A stretch of 64,000 bases of DNA. Source: Chiloscyllium plagiosum (lineage: Eukaryota). A program made the position numbers and the translations under genes. Under the pieces are notes generated by a model, which had not been told where the DNA came from, did not search any database, and saw nothing but the letters and a program-made list of their open reading frames with translations. The stretch covers positions 98,903,794 through 98,967,793 of the forward strand of contig NC_057718.1 of NCBI RefSeq assembly GCF_004010195.1, given 5' to 3'. Shown here one piece after another: positions 52,172 through 64,000 of the stretch. How positions within the stretch are numbered: the first letter of the stretch is position 1; each line of letters starts with the position of its first letter.

Positions 52172-52899
52172 GTCTGATTTAAATAATCACCTGCCAATAC
52201 AATAACATTTAATCAGTGAAATATGAATGTCACAGCATTTAAAAGAGGTCAGAAGGGTTAGGAGAGTTAGAACAATATTGGAGATTAGACACAGGGTAAA
52301 GCAGAGACATGTAGACAATTGAAAATTAAGATTTTAAAATCAATGAAGTCAGAGATCAGGATCGATGGCTGCAGAGAACATGTGTTAGGATGTGAACTAT
52401 TGACTGAAAGAAAGGTTGGACCTTATGACAAGACAGGAATTAGAAAGATCAAATAATAAGCAGTCTTGAGTCAATGTGCTTGTGACTCATTTCAAAGACG
52501 AGTAAGGCACCAAGGTTAAACAGGGACTTTTAATAAAATGTGTGTCATCAGGCAAACAAAAATGGAAGAAGCTAGAGAAACTCAGCAGGTCCGGCAGAAT
52601 CTGTTGAGAAACCAGAACCAATGTTCCAGATTTAGTGAGACTTCAGCAATCTCAATAAAAACTGAAAGAACTGCAGATGCTGTAAAATCAGAAACAGAAA
52701 CTGCTTGAAAAGCTCACCAAGTCTGGCAAAATCTGTGGAGAGTTATCAGAGTTAATGTTTCAAGTCGAGTGGCCCTTTCTCAAAACTGGGGACTTCTATC
52801 ATTGCTTCAGCAATCTCAGTTTTGTAAACAACATAGCAAAAGAGAAAGATATACTGAATGGTTTCAACCTTGCCTGAATTGTTAAACAGAAATGCTGCT

Positions 52900-53675
52900 T
52901 AGGTGCCAGTGTTGGACTGGGGTGGACAAGGTCAGAAGTCACACGACACCAGGTTATAGTGCAAAGGTTTATTTGAAATCACAAACTTTCAGAGTGCTGC
53001 TTCTTTGTCGCGACTTCATCTGATGTAGGTGCAGCGCTCTGAAAGCTTGTAATTTCAAATAAACCTGTTGGACTATAACCTGGTGTTGTGCGACTTCTGT
53101 CCTTGTTGAACAGAAATACAACATGATTTGGAGATGCCGGTGTTGGACTGGGGTGTACAAAGTTAAATATCACACAACACCAGGTTATAGTCCAACAGGT
53201 TTAATCGGAAGTACACTAGCTTTCGGACAATCACCTGATGAAGGAGCATCGCTCCGAAAGCTAGTGTACTTCCAATTAAACCTGTTGGACTAAAACCAGA
53301 AATACAACATTCCACCTAAGTCTGTCTGTCTCGCAATCAACATTGAGGGTACAAAAAATTACATCTCTGTCACCAGGTTATAGTCCAACAGGCTTATTTG
53401 GAAATACAAGCTTTTGGAGCACTGCTCTTTCGTCAGGTGAAGTCTCTGATGAAGGTGCAGCGCTCGGAAGGCTTGCCCTTCCAAACAAACCTGTTGCTTG
53501 GAACCTGGTGTTGTGAGATTTTTAACTCACTGATGAAGGGCTTTTGCCCGAAACGTCGATTTTCCTGCTGCTCGGTTGCTGCCTGACCTGCTGTGCTTTC
53601 CCAGCACCACTCCGATCTTGGCTTAAGACTTTTAACCTTGTCCACCACCCCAGTCCAAAACTGGGCGTCACCTTG
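52900..53675. mobile_element. Cluster of Penelope-type terminal inverted repeats with hammerhead motifs
   Basis: Three caccaggttatagt...aacctgtt hairpin units plus a second-family insert at 53528-53626. Confidence 0.75.
53530..53557 (+). ncRNA. Minimal hammerhead ribozyme motif
   Basis: CTGATGA-A-GGGC-TTTT-GCCC-GAAA-C-GTC: catalytic boxes, stem II, palindromic ACGT stem III, GUC triplet. Identical core on the minus strand at 5886-5913. Confidence 0.65.
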
Positions 53676-53879
53676 TCAACCTCATTAACACACTTGTGGC
53701 ATCTTTGCTGTGTGAACATTTGGGAGTTTCCGGCCCCGGCATTTATTTGCTATCTGCATAGGGTGCAGGGACACGAAGCGGCTTTGGGGTGTCTGGAGAT
53801 GGAGATAGGCGCTATTTAAATGCAAAATATAGGGGGGGTTCAAAGGCCTACATGAGAAACGAGGAAGTACTTTACCTCA

Positions 53880-54450
53880 CAGCAGCGCCTCTCGCTTCAG
53901 CTGAGGCTCTGCCTGCGGTGTTATGTACGTGTGTGTCTGGATGATTTTTAAAGGGTTTAAATGAGCCGTAAGAACACCTCTCCCTCGCCCTCGCCCTCTC
54001 CCCTCAGGCTCTCACTCACCTTCAGCCACTCCGCCATTGCACACAGGCCCAAGGACCTTCCCGCGTCACTCCTGCTCCACCGTGAACAAAACAAATAAAA
54101 GGAAGCACGGGGCACCGAACGAAATAAACTGTTCGAAATTTAAAAAAAAAAGGTAACTGCGACCGGGCTGAAATGTATTATCAGTTTTTTTTAAAAGAAA
54201 AACAAAAATCAGGCATTAGCGTAGGCAGCTATATATTATTTAATACCTGTTTTTTTTATAAAGAATGTGTGAGGGGGAGGGGGAGGGGGCTTTCGGCTGT
54301 TCCTGGCTCTCATGGGGATCGCTGCAGCTTCACAGTTTCTCCCAGAAAGCCCCCCCTGGCTCCCGGCGGACGGTTAGCGCATGCGCCGCGTGAACCCCCA
54401 TTTGAACAGGCGGCGGGTTCGAAACGGTTAGTGAGGGCGAGGGGAGTTGA
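53880..54450. promoter_or_regulatory. CpG-rich bidirectional promoter MKKS / SLX4IP
   Basis: Main non-repeat CpG-dense stretch in the window. NRF1 core GCGCATGCGC at 54377-54386, CRE half-site CGTCA near 54064, outward-facing donors at 54019 (-) and 54427 (+, ACG|GTTAGT). Confidence 0.75.
54020..54070 (-). other. MKKS: Probable MKKS first (leader) exon; TSS uncertain
   Basis: Consensus donor AAG|GTGAGT at 54020/54019 inside the CpG-rich region; alternative donor GAG|GTAAAG at 53876. Confidence 0.55.
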
Positions 54451-57400
54451 TGGTGGTGTTCGGGGATGGTGTGGTGGTGAAGAGTTGTGGGTGGGGTGTA
54501 GTGCGGAGTTTGGGGTTGAGGGGGTGATGGTGTGAAGGGTTGGTNNNNNNNNNNNNNNNNGGGAGCTATTGGAGAGTTGAGGGAGGGTGGGGAGTGCTGA
54601 GAGGGATAGGGAAGATGGAATGCTAGTGGATGTGGCGATGTTGGATGACTGAGCCTGAGGGGAGTAAATGGAGTGGAGATGGGTGGTGGGTGAAGGAATA
54701 GGAAATGGATAGGGGAGATTGGGAGCTGGTGGAAAGTTGCTGGGGCGTGGGAGAGTAGGAACTGAATTGGGCCCATGTAATTATTGATAATTTACATAGC
54801 AACCATCAAAATTTGTTCCTTAAAGGAAGGCGATATGACAATAGTCTAGGGAGAACAATGAACATTGATTGTTGACAGCTGCTATTCTAAGTCTGGATTC
54901 TATTTCATGCATGCATATTTATATTTCTGAGTGCTGTTACTATATCTATCCAAAGGAAAGAGAATCCTAGTGGATCTGAAAACTGTTGAGGAATTGCACT
55001 TGAAATTGTTCTTAATAAAGTTGTGACTTACCTACTGTGATCTTTGGAAAGCTGCAGAGCCATGAGAAAGGAATGGGTTGGATTATATCCTTACAAGGAA
55101 TGTGAAAGGTAGTTTTTAGCCATCTCCAAGATTGCAGAGGAACCCAGAAGCCAGGAGTAATTTGCTTTCAGAGATTTAAATAAAGCGGTTGAGCCAGATA
55201 TCACCGAAGTTCTGTCTACCCATTTAGGTGGGCATGAAAGATATCCAGAAGCGATACCCAAAATTAAGTAAATATGATGGCTAATATTTGCCTTGAACTG
55301 TTATGCCTAAAATGGATTATTAGATCATCTATTTTGTTTGTGGATTGCCTGTGTGTAATTTGACTGCTACAGTTATTAGATTACAACATTAGTTACAGTA
55401 CAGAAATATTTTATTGATCATGGAACTTTTTCGACCTCCTGAATTCAAGAATGGCACTCATGAACGAACAAATCTTGGGCGTACACTGTAAAGCTTTGGC
55501 TGTCATATTGAATATGCTACCAAATTTCAAAGCTCTGTATCAGGGTGGATTGAGAAACTTGTTACAAAAGTGCGCAAAGTGTTATGTTTTTCATTCATTC
55601 TTCATTTTATTTGCACTGGAAAGAATGGAAGTAATTTTAACAAGTGTGTCCCTTGGGAAACTGATGGGATCCGATCCATCAGTTTCCTACTGGGAACATT
55701 GGCTTAAAATTACCCATTTTATGGTATGCTATTCATATTTGCAATAACTTATAAAGTAAACCTACATACTGCTTCATTCAAAGCATGGGCAAAACTTTAG
55801 GCCTGCTGTCATGTGCTCCATATATATTACTTGGTGCAAAACTTGCAATATATATCTATTTAAATATTTAACATAGCTGTAAGCCTTTCAGGATAACTTG
55901 GTTCAATGGCAAAATTATAATTTCAAAATTCTGTATTGGAATATGTTTCAGGAAACTTAAAACCCACACATGTCAAATGGGAGAGGAAAGTCACAGTTGT
56001 TGAGCAAGTAATGTCAGATTTATTCTGTCAATTATTGCAGAAGTTTCAAAATTATCCAGAAATATATAGGACCATTAACATTGGAATACATCAGTTGGCC
56101 TGGTAATGTAGTATGTTGCAAATCAAACAACCTGGGTTTACAGTGGTTGTAGAACTTTTAAAGTGTGCAGGAAACAGGATGGAGGTGTACCAGCCTGGAA
56201 TTTTTAGCCACTTGTTGGCAAGCTGGTATACAGGCATGGTCTTACCACCATGCTATTTATAAGCAGACTGATAACTACCCCCTGAATGATGCTCCCTGCC
56301 ACAAGCAGTGGTTAGCCAACTGAGGCCATTGGATCCTTCTAGCATGCTGACTGGAATTTTCTAGCCAACAAGTGATCCCCGCTGAAGAGGCCAAAAGGTA
56401 GCCAGAAAAATTAGGTGGCCTTCTGGTAGCAGACCGGAAGGGCCAGTATTCTGATTCATTAGTTATTAATCATTCACTCTCACTCCTTTCGCTCCTACAC
56501 CCACCAACCTTCCAACTTGCTAATGGCTGCAGGCCACTATACAGACACAATCTGGTTAGCTGTGGCCCATTGTATTTTCAAAGATTTTAGAAGTGCTGAG
56601 AGAGTGCTTCTCCATCTTAAGGAGCCATCTTCCTCTTTTATCTGCCACGGGGGTTGCAGCTTTCTTGCTGCTGGAGGGGCTCCAGTTGGCCCTCCAACTT
56701 TGGGATTTTGATCCTGTCCATTAGTAGGGTGGTGAGTACACTCTCTGGCGAATCCGCAAAACCTGCGTTAGGCATGGCACCCATGCCATGTTTGGTCAGG
56801 ATCTGGACACAATCCCCGCATTGGTGCCGTGATACCAGAACAAAGATCCTGCTTTTTTGGTAGAGATTAACATCTGTGACTTCTTACCCTGTAGTGTACA
56901 GAAGTACAATCTCCAAAAGTGGTCCAGTGGATGTTACTGTGGACTCTTCTTGGAGTTTCTCATTTGTAACCACAAGTGATTGTTCTGAAATATCAGTAGC
57001 AGACTTTTGGAGGAAGCAGCCTTCTTATTCTTCGATAAGAGGGTACAACTGGATCAGAGAGATTACAAAGGGTGAAGCTAGATTTTTTTTTGATTGGAGG
57101 AAATTATATGTTTGGACTAGACTTTGTTGCATGTTTTGTGCATTGAATGCCACAATTCAGAAACTATGTTAAAGTAATTGCCTTGTTTTTAAATCACCTG
57201 TGCAGTTTTATAGTCAATTGCCAACCAGTGTGGTTATGTTTAGAGATTTGTTTAAATTCAGTCTGGCAAAAATCCTTTGACAGCTCCTCCAGTATATTTT
57301 AGTCCAAATTGTAGAGGCTGTAGATATTGGGTGTAAGTTGTAACTGTAAACAAGCTGAGACTTGATCAGCCTGCTTGTAAGCACATTGTAAAAGTTACTT

Positions 57401-58019
57401 AATGTTCAGTGAACCACACAGCAGTAACAATTCAACAGTAACTTAATGTGAAGTATTCTGAGTATTTCAATATTGTGATTTTTTTTTTAAGGTACTATGC
57501 ATCTGACAGTCAATAAATCAGCATTGGCTAAGATTAATCTGAAATTATTCATTATATTTTCACCTACAAACTTAAAATATTGTTAGTTTTAAATGCAAGT
57601 TATGAAATGAATTGCTTTCTTTGGTATTTATAGATTGACTTTATTCAATATTTCTGAGAGGAGGAAATTTCCAATCTTTAAAGTAAAATTCGGTCTTTGG
57701 ATTAAGAGTTTGAAAGCATAAACAATAAGGCAAGGTTCATGGTATATATTTATAATTTAAACTGTAGAAAATAAACAGAAAGAGAGTAATTTGTTTAATT
57801 CATGACAAGGCAGATTGGGCCCAGTGGAGTGCTCCTCCAGAGCAGTGTGGGAGGTTGGAGACACTTCTAGTGTCCAGGGTGACCATATGTGCAAAAACTG
57901 TATCCAGTTGTAGCTACTGGAAATTCACATTTACGATCTGGAGCAGCAACTGGAGTCACTATGAAGTGTCCTTATCACTTAGAAAACACCTATGGAAGTA
58001 CATAAAATCAACAAACAAA

Positions 58020-59300
58020 ATCAAAGGGAAATCATGTTTGACAGACCTATTGAAGTATCTTGAGGGCATAACTGGTAGAATAGATGAGAGATCAGTGGAT
58101 GGAGTGTATCTGGATTTTCAGAAAGCTTTTGACAAAATCCCATATTAGAAGTCATTGTGCAAAAGTATGTGGGATTGGTGCTAGTGTACTGGCATGGATT
58201 GAGAATTGGTTGGCGATCGGAAACCGAAAGAACGAATAAATGGGTCATTTGAGGAATGGAAGGCAGTGACAAGTGGGGTATTGCAGGGATCAGTGCTTGG
58301 GTCCCAGCCATTCACAATATTTATCAATTACTTGGATAAGGGAGTCAAATTATGTTTCCAAAAATGCTGATGACAATTCTAAGTGGAAACGTGAATGGAG
58401 GAGGATGTAAAGAGGTTTCAATGTGCTTTAGTCAAGTTGAGTGGGCAAATACATGACAGATACAGCACAAAATGGATAAATGTGAAGTTGACCATTTTAG
58501 TGTGTAAAAGAAAATGCCAGAAACTTATTTAAAGGGTGATAGATTAGGAAAGATTGATGTAGAAAGGGTCATGGTATATATTTGTAATGAAAACAAGGAT
58601 GTCAATTCAGAAAGCAGTTAGGAAGGCAAATGTATATTGGCCTCCATTGCAACAGGGTCTGAGAACAAGTGTAAGGAAGCCTTACTGCAGTGCATAGGGC
58701 CTTGGAGATGCCACACCTGAAGTGTTGTTTGCAGTTTTAGGCTCCTTACCTAGGAAAATATATATTTACTATACAGGGAGTGCAGTCAGCATACACCAGA
58801 CTGATTTTGGATTTGAAGGTTTGTTGTATGAGGAGAGATTGGGTTGATGAGGGCTTGGTATACACTGAAGTTCAAAATAATGAGAGGGAATCTATTTGAA
58901 ACATAAAATTCTCAGAGGGCCATACAGACCAGATGCAGTCCAGGTGTTTCCCCAGCGAGTGAGTTCCAGAACAAGGGGGTCACAGTCTCAGGATATGTGT
59001 GGAAGGCCATTTCAAATTGAAATGAGCAGTTTCTTCACTCAGTGGTGAGCCAATGGAATTCCCTACCACAAGGCTATAGCGGTGAAGTCACCAAATATAT
59101 TGATAGATTTTTAGAAGCTAAAGGTGTCAAGTGTTGTAGGAGGCAGTGCTTGCATGGCTTTAAGATAAGAGGATCAACCGTAATCATATTAAATGGCAGA
59201 GCATGCTTGATAGAAACAGTGCTTGTAGGGTGTTAGAAAAGAGGATCAGCCATGATCATATGGAATGGCAGTGCATGGTTGATCGGTTGAATGGCCTAAT
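58020..59300 (+). mobile_element. Old CR1-like LINE
   Basis: KGKSCLTDLL...VYLDFQKAFDKIP, QGSVLG-like DNA, WNSLPQ. Confidence 0.8.
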
Positions 59301-61144
59301 CGTGCTCTAATTTTCTTGTAAGTGCATTACACTCCAGAAGACTTCTTTAACCCTTGAGATGTGCTGCATCAGAGATAGAATCTATTTTCTTACTGCTAGT
59401 GATTAAACTGGTTTATTTGTGTTTTCTTACTCTCCAAGAGAGTGTCCTAAATCAAAGCCAGCAGCAAACTTCTTTGTGAATTTTATAACAAAGGTTGTTT
59501 ACAATCGTAGTTTTGCCCTAGATGATTCAAAAACTGCAACATCCTATTTGCCTTTCACATGATTGCATACAAAGATTAAATACAGATGAAGAGGAAAATT
59601 GAAACTGAAAGAACTGCAGATGCTATATAAAACATAAACAAAAACAGAAATTGCTGGAAAAGCTCAGCAGGTCTGGTAGCATCTGTGAAGAGAAATCAGT
59701 TAACATTTCAGATCCGGTGGCCCTAGCAGTTCTGAAGAAGGGTCACTGGACCCGAAACATTAACTCTGATTTCACGGATGCTGCAAGACCTGAGCTTTTC
59801 CAGCAATTTCTGATTTTATTTCTGATGGGGAAAAATTGTATCACACTCTTTGTTGCAGGCCAATAGATTCTTAGATGAGTAAAGCATAATCTCAGAATAA
59901 TGAATTGCAAAGTATTGTCTGAAAGTTCATAATATACTGAATAATGACAGCTCTGTGAACTAAACGGAACCAAAGTGAGAGTAGGGATACTTCAGGGAAC
60001 CTGTTTCTCAGTTAGGAGGGACAAAGGCTCCTGGTTTCTAGTAACCTCTATTGGAAATGCAACTGTGTAGATATCGGATAAGCACTGGATTGGATTCTCT
60101 TGTGGTGATCCATGAAGTTGAATAATGTATTGGCAGTCATTCTTAATGCCCACACAAAAGAAAACCTGAATGAGTTAAAGGAGGCTATTCAGCATCTATG
60201 ATATCCCAGCTGAGAGTCAATCCTCCACAGAAGGGGTGAATAAAAAGAAACTAGCAACAAAATAATGCATGGCAGAGTTTACAAATTGAAATGTTATTCT
60301 AATTTCTTAATATTTATAAAGTCCCTCTAATGTAGTAAGATTAAAATAAGTTTCATTCTGATAAATGAAGTTGAATCACCTGTCTAGAGGCTTGGAAGGT
60401 GACCAGGATCTGTCTGAGATCAAGTTGACTCTGAAATGGCATGCCTGGTAATGGTACTTTGGAACTCTTCCACGAGGCAGATTCTGTAATCTGATATCTA
60501 AACATGTCAAGCCTCCAGAACTTGAGGATTTGTTGGTGAATGACTGGCCAGCCTGGCTCATTGATAAGACTGAAGAGTAAACCTTTGAGTAATGGGGATT
60601 CCCATCGATTGGCTCTCAGTCATTCTGCAAACCAATGCCACAATTATTAAGTTTGTCTAGCCGGTCAATTGCTAAGTTTTGATATGTATCATGCATTCTA
60701 TTACAAGAGAAAAGAAAAACTATTTGATTCATCAAACGTGCTCTGTTATTAAAGCAATAAAAGAATTTGCATTACTTGTTTAATTTAAACAGTACCATTT
60801 TAGTTGGTTAAACATCCAGCTTTTGTGCACGCACAGCATCTAATTACTATTGTGATCTAGATGCTTGTAGCAAGGGTTGAAAATTTAAAACAAGAAGAAA
60901 GAAAGTTGGCAAAACTCAGCAGGTCAGGTAACATCTTGGAGAGAAAGAGAGCAACATTCCTGTATGATGACTGCTCGTCAGATCTTCTGATGAGGGGTCG
61001 TTGACTGGGACAGTGTTCCGAGCAGTGGCAGTCACAGTCAGATTGCCATTTCACTCCTTTTTTTCATCAATACTGAACTGTTCAATTCCCGCTGGTCATT
61101 ATGATTACAGGCACTTCAGAAATGTGGAGCGTACATGAAATAGG

Positions 61145-62070
61145 GGTTTATAAAATCATGAGGGCTCAGATAGGGTAAATAGACAAGGTCTTTTCCCTGG
61201 GATAGGGGAATTCAGATCTAGAAGGCACTACTTTAGAGTGAGAGGGAAAGAATTTAAAAGGGACCTAAGGGGCACGTATGGAATGAGCTGCCAGAGGAAG
61301 TGGAGGATGCTGATATAATTACAAGACTTAAAAGGGATCTAGATGATTATATGAATAGGGAGGGTTTAAACGAATATGGGCCAAGTGCTGGCAAATGGGA
61401 GTAAATTAATTTAGGATATCTGGTCGGCATGGATGAGTTGGACCGAAGGAACATATACCACAGAAACAGACCCTATGACTCTATGAGAGCATCAGCAGAG
61501 TTTGGAAACAGGCCATTTGGCTCACCGAGTCCACAGTGACCCTCCAGAGTATCCCATCAAATCCCACCCCTCCACCACATCCCCGCAATCCCATATTTCC
61601 ATGGCTAACCCATCAGACCATCCAGACCCACACAGCCTGCACATCCCTGAACACTATGAGCAATTTAGCATGGCTGATCCACCTAACCTGCACTCCTATA
61701 TTCAGTGCTCTGATCAATAAAGGCAAGCATACCAAATGTCGCCTTTACTATCCTATCTACCTGTGACTCCACTTTAAAGGAACTATGAACCTGCACTGCC
61801 AGGTCTCTTTATTCAGCAACACTCCCCAGGACCTTATCATTAAATGTACAAGTCCTGCCTTGATTTGCCTTTCCCAAATGCAGCACCTCACATTTATCTA
61901 AATTAAGCTCCATCTGCCACTCCTTGGCCCATCTGATCAAGATCCCGTTGTACTAACCTTCTTCACTCCTCACTGCACCTCCAATTTTGGGATCATCTGC
62001 AAACTTACTAATTATACCTCCTACGTTCATATCCAAATCACGTATAAATGACAAAAAGCAGTGGATGATC
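61145..62070. mobile_element. CR1 (+), HE1 SINE piece (-) and CR1 (-) fragments
   Basis: Match the CR1 and SINE copies elsewhere in the window. Confidence 0.75.
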
Positions 62071-63802
62071 ATGATTGAAATGTTCAGCTGCACAGACAGA
62101 CACTTTAACAACTGCTGTGAAAGGGCAAGCATGTAAGCTTTGTGCGAGGTTATGGTGCCAGGTAAGAGTGCTTTGGGTAGGTTGGGCTCTTTTTTTTTGG
62201 GAAGGGAGGTTGGGTGGAAATGTCTGGCAGAAAGGAGGGATTGGCATTCATTGTTAGGAGAGGTGGTCCTGGAGTCAGCTGAGTGGGGAGAGTTAGATTC
62301 TGGGTTAGTGAGAGAGCTAGCAGCAGGGAGGTAGGTGTTGTGTCCTTGTGCAGAGGCATCTGGTCCCTTTCAGGCCTGTGGTGCAGACATCTGGTCTTGG
62401 AGGTACAACTCTATGTTATGCGGTGACCGGCCTCAGGGGTTTAGGACTATGCTCCGATGTGTCCACTCCCAGAGCTTTAGACTGTGCCAGGTATATTGTG
62501 ACCCAGTGGGATATGAGGTTTGTAATCATGGTACATTGGGTGGGCCGTTTGGGAAGATGACTCATTGGAGTTGGTGAGTGGTTACTCAGGAGTCAGACTA
62601 GGATTTTGATCCTCTATTTTCCTGGGTAACTATTAGCTTAACTGAAACAACGCCATTCAGAATTGCCAACTTTAATGGATTCTTCATTTATGCAAGGAAA
62701 TATTCCATTGAGATCTCCAATTTCTACAAAATCTGCTACTTCTGGGATTCCATATGGTCCCAATGCACTATTTCATTGAGTACTGCTCCAATGACTTTCT
62801 CGCCATCAGACTATCCGGGGCGTTCTCATGAAGGGGTAAATTAAATAGGCTCATGAGGGAGAATGGTATAGAAGTTTATACTGTGAGAAATAGACGCGGG
62901 TTAAAATGAATGATTTGCTTCTGTGCTGTACACTAATTTTCCATGGTATTGGAGTGTTCCCTATGTGGAACAACATAGGCTTAATTTTTATCTGAAATAT
63001 AGTAACTTGATAAAAGTTAACTTGGTGAAGGAAGTAGAAATTCACCGGTAACGACATCAAATTTGTAACAATTAGCTTGCTTTTGACTACAGTCGTTATT
63101 GACCTCCTGGAAATATTCCTGAGCAGAAGACTACAGAAGGAACTCAGAGAGCTGAATTACAACGAATCTTGCAGTACAGCCTTTGTGGTTTCTAAATTTC
63201 AATAAATGGCAGAACTTTCTGCATTATTGACATTCTTAAAAGGTTTTAGAGATGCATAACTCATTTACATCATGCCTTTCCATCATCAGAGCATTTCAAG
63301 TGAGTTGGTCTTGAAGGACTGTTAGATTTATTATGTGTACGGCTAGATATAAATAATAAGATAGAAAGCTTTGATGCTTTTGGTTGAGTGATCAAGATTG
63401 GATTAGCACACAAAGTTTCCTACTCCTGAAGTAATTTCTGTGGAATCTTTTGTGTTTGCCTGAACCATCCAGGTGAGGCCTTAGTTTACAATTTCACCTG
63501 AATGACTGTAAAATTGGACTGGCCCCTCTACTGCACAGAAATATTAACCCGAATTATGTGCTAATGTTATGTAGAATGGCTAAAACTCTCAATCTTTTGA
63601 CTCCTAAATGAAAATTCCATTGATAAGAGCTGGCACTTAGTATTTAATATAGTATTTATATTAAATTAATATTTGGTTTCCATTATATTTCCTTCGACTA
63701 ACTTTTCTCTCTTCACTCAGGCTGACTGCCCTGTCATGTAAATGAGTTGATAGCTTATTTGACTGCAATTGAATGTTGAGCAAGATCTGTTTTTCCACAA
63801 TG

Positions 63803-63829
63803 ATGCCCTCAAACAAATTTGTCCTTAAG
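63803..63829 (+). CDS. SLX4IP: SLX4IP first coding exon (exon 63721-63829; CDS continues beyond the window)
   Basis: Acceptor ttttctctcttcactcag| at 63720. (M)MPSNKFVLK then AAG|GTAAGG, similar to the human N-terminus MASKKFAVK. The head-to-head position next to MKKS matches known synteny. Confidence 0.8.
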
Positions 63830-64000
63830 GTAAGGCTATTTAGATTTACTTTGAATGATACTTTCCATTGTATAATCTTGCATTGTGAGTTACTTTATTT
63901 TTAGAAGATCACTTCTTTATAGATAGAAACTGCTTAATCTGCAGGGAGCAAGGCAGAGAAATATACTGACTACTGTCAGCGATGCACGGTTATTGCGCAT

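Noticed and set aside
54173..54776. 120-aa and 148-aa ORFs at the promoter
   Set aside because: Low-complexity GC/G-rich promoter and intron sequence; the longer ORF spans an N gap.
62075..62600. G-rich stretch with several overlapping short ORFs
   Set aside because: No recognisable domain or exon structure; probably an old unclassified repeat.

Overview
Repeat-rich vertebrate genomic DNA, almost certainly from a shark or other elasmobranch (HE1-type V-SINEs, abundant CR1 LINEs with (ACTCTATG)n tails, Deu-SINE relics). It holds the complete MKKS/BBS6 locus on the minus strand: four coding exons at 47800-46816, 37811-37630, 34403-34293 and 30292-29852, about 572 aa. MKKS lies head-to-head with SLX4IP (first coding exon 63803-63829, +) across a CpG-rich promoter at about 53.9-54.45 kb. 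The most notable element is the MKKS leader. It encodes two intact single-TM microproteins (63 aa and 48 aa) resembling the mammalian MKKS uORF products, plus a possible 9-aa mini-uORF. Just before the MKKS ATG, a ~40-nt cassette overlaps an AATAAA signal with a branch point and 3' splice site, suggesting a poly(A)/splicing switch between a microprotein mRNA and the chaperonin mRNA. Also seen: a decayed duplicate of an MKKS exon, several Penelope-derived hammerhead ribozyme motifs (clustered in MKKS intron 1), an L1 with both ends and a TSD carrying a nested near-full-length CR1, an RTE LINE relic, a pogo/Tigger-type MITE and a 25-bp minisatellite. Homology calls come from my recognition of the sequences, not from database searches.
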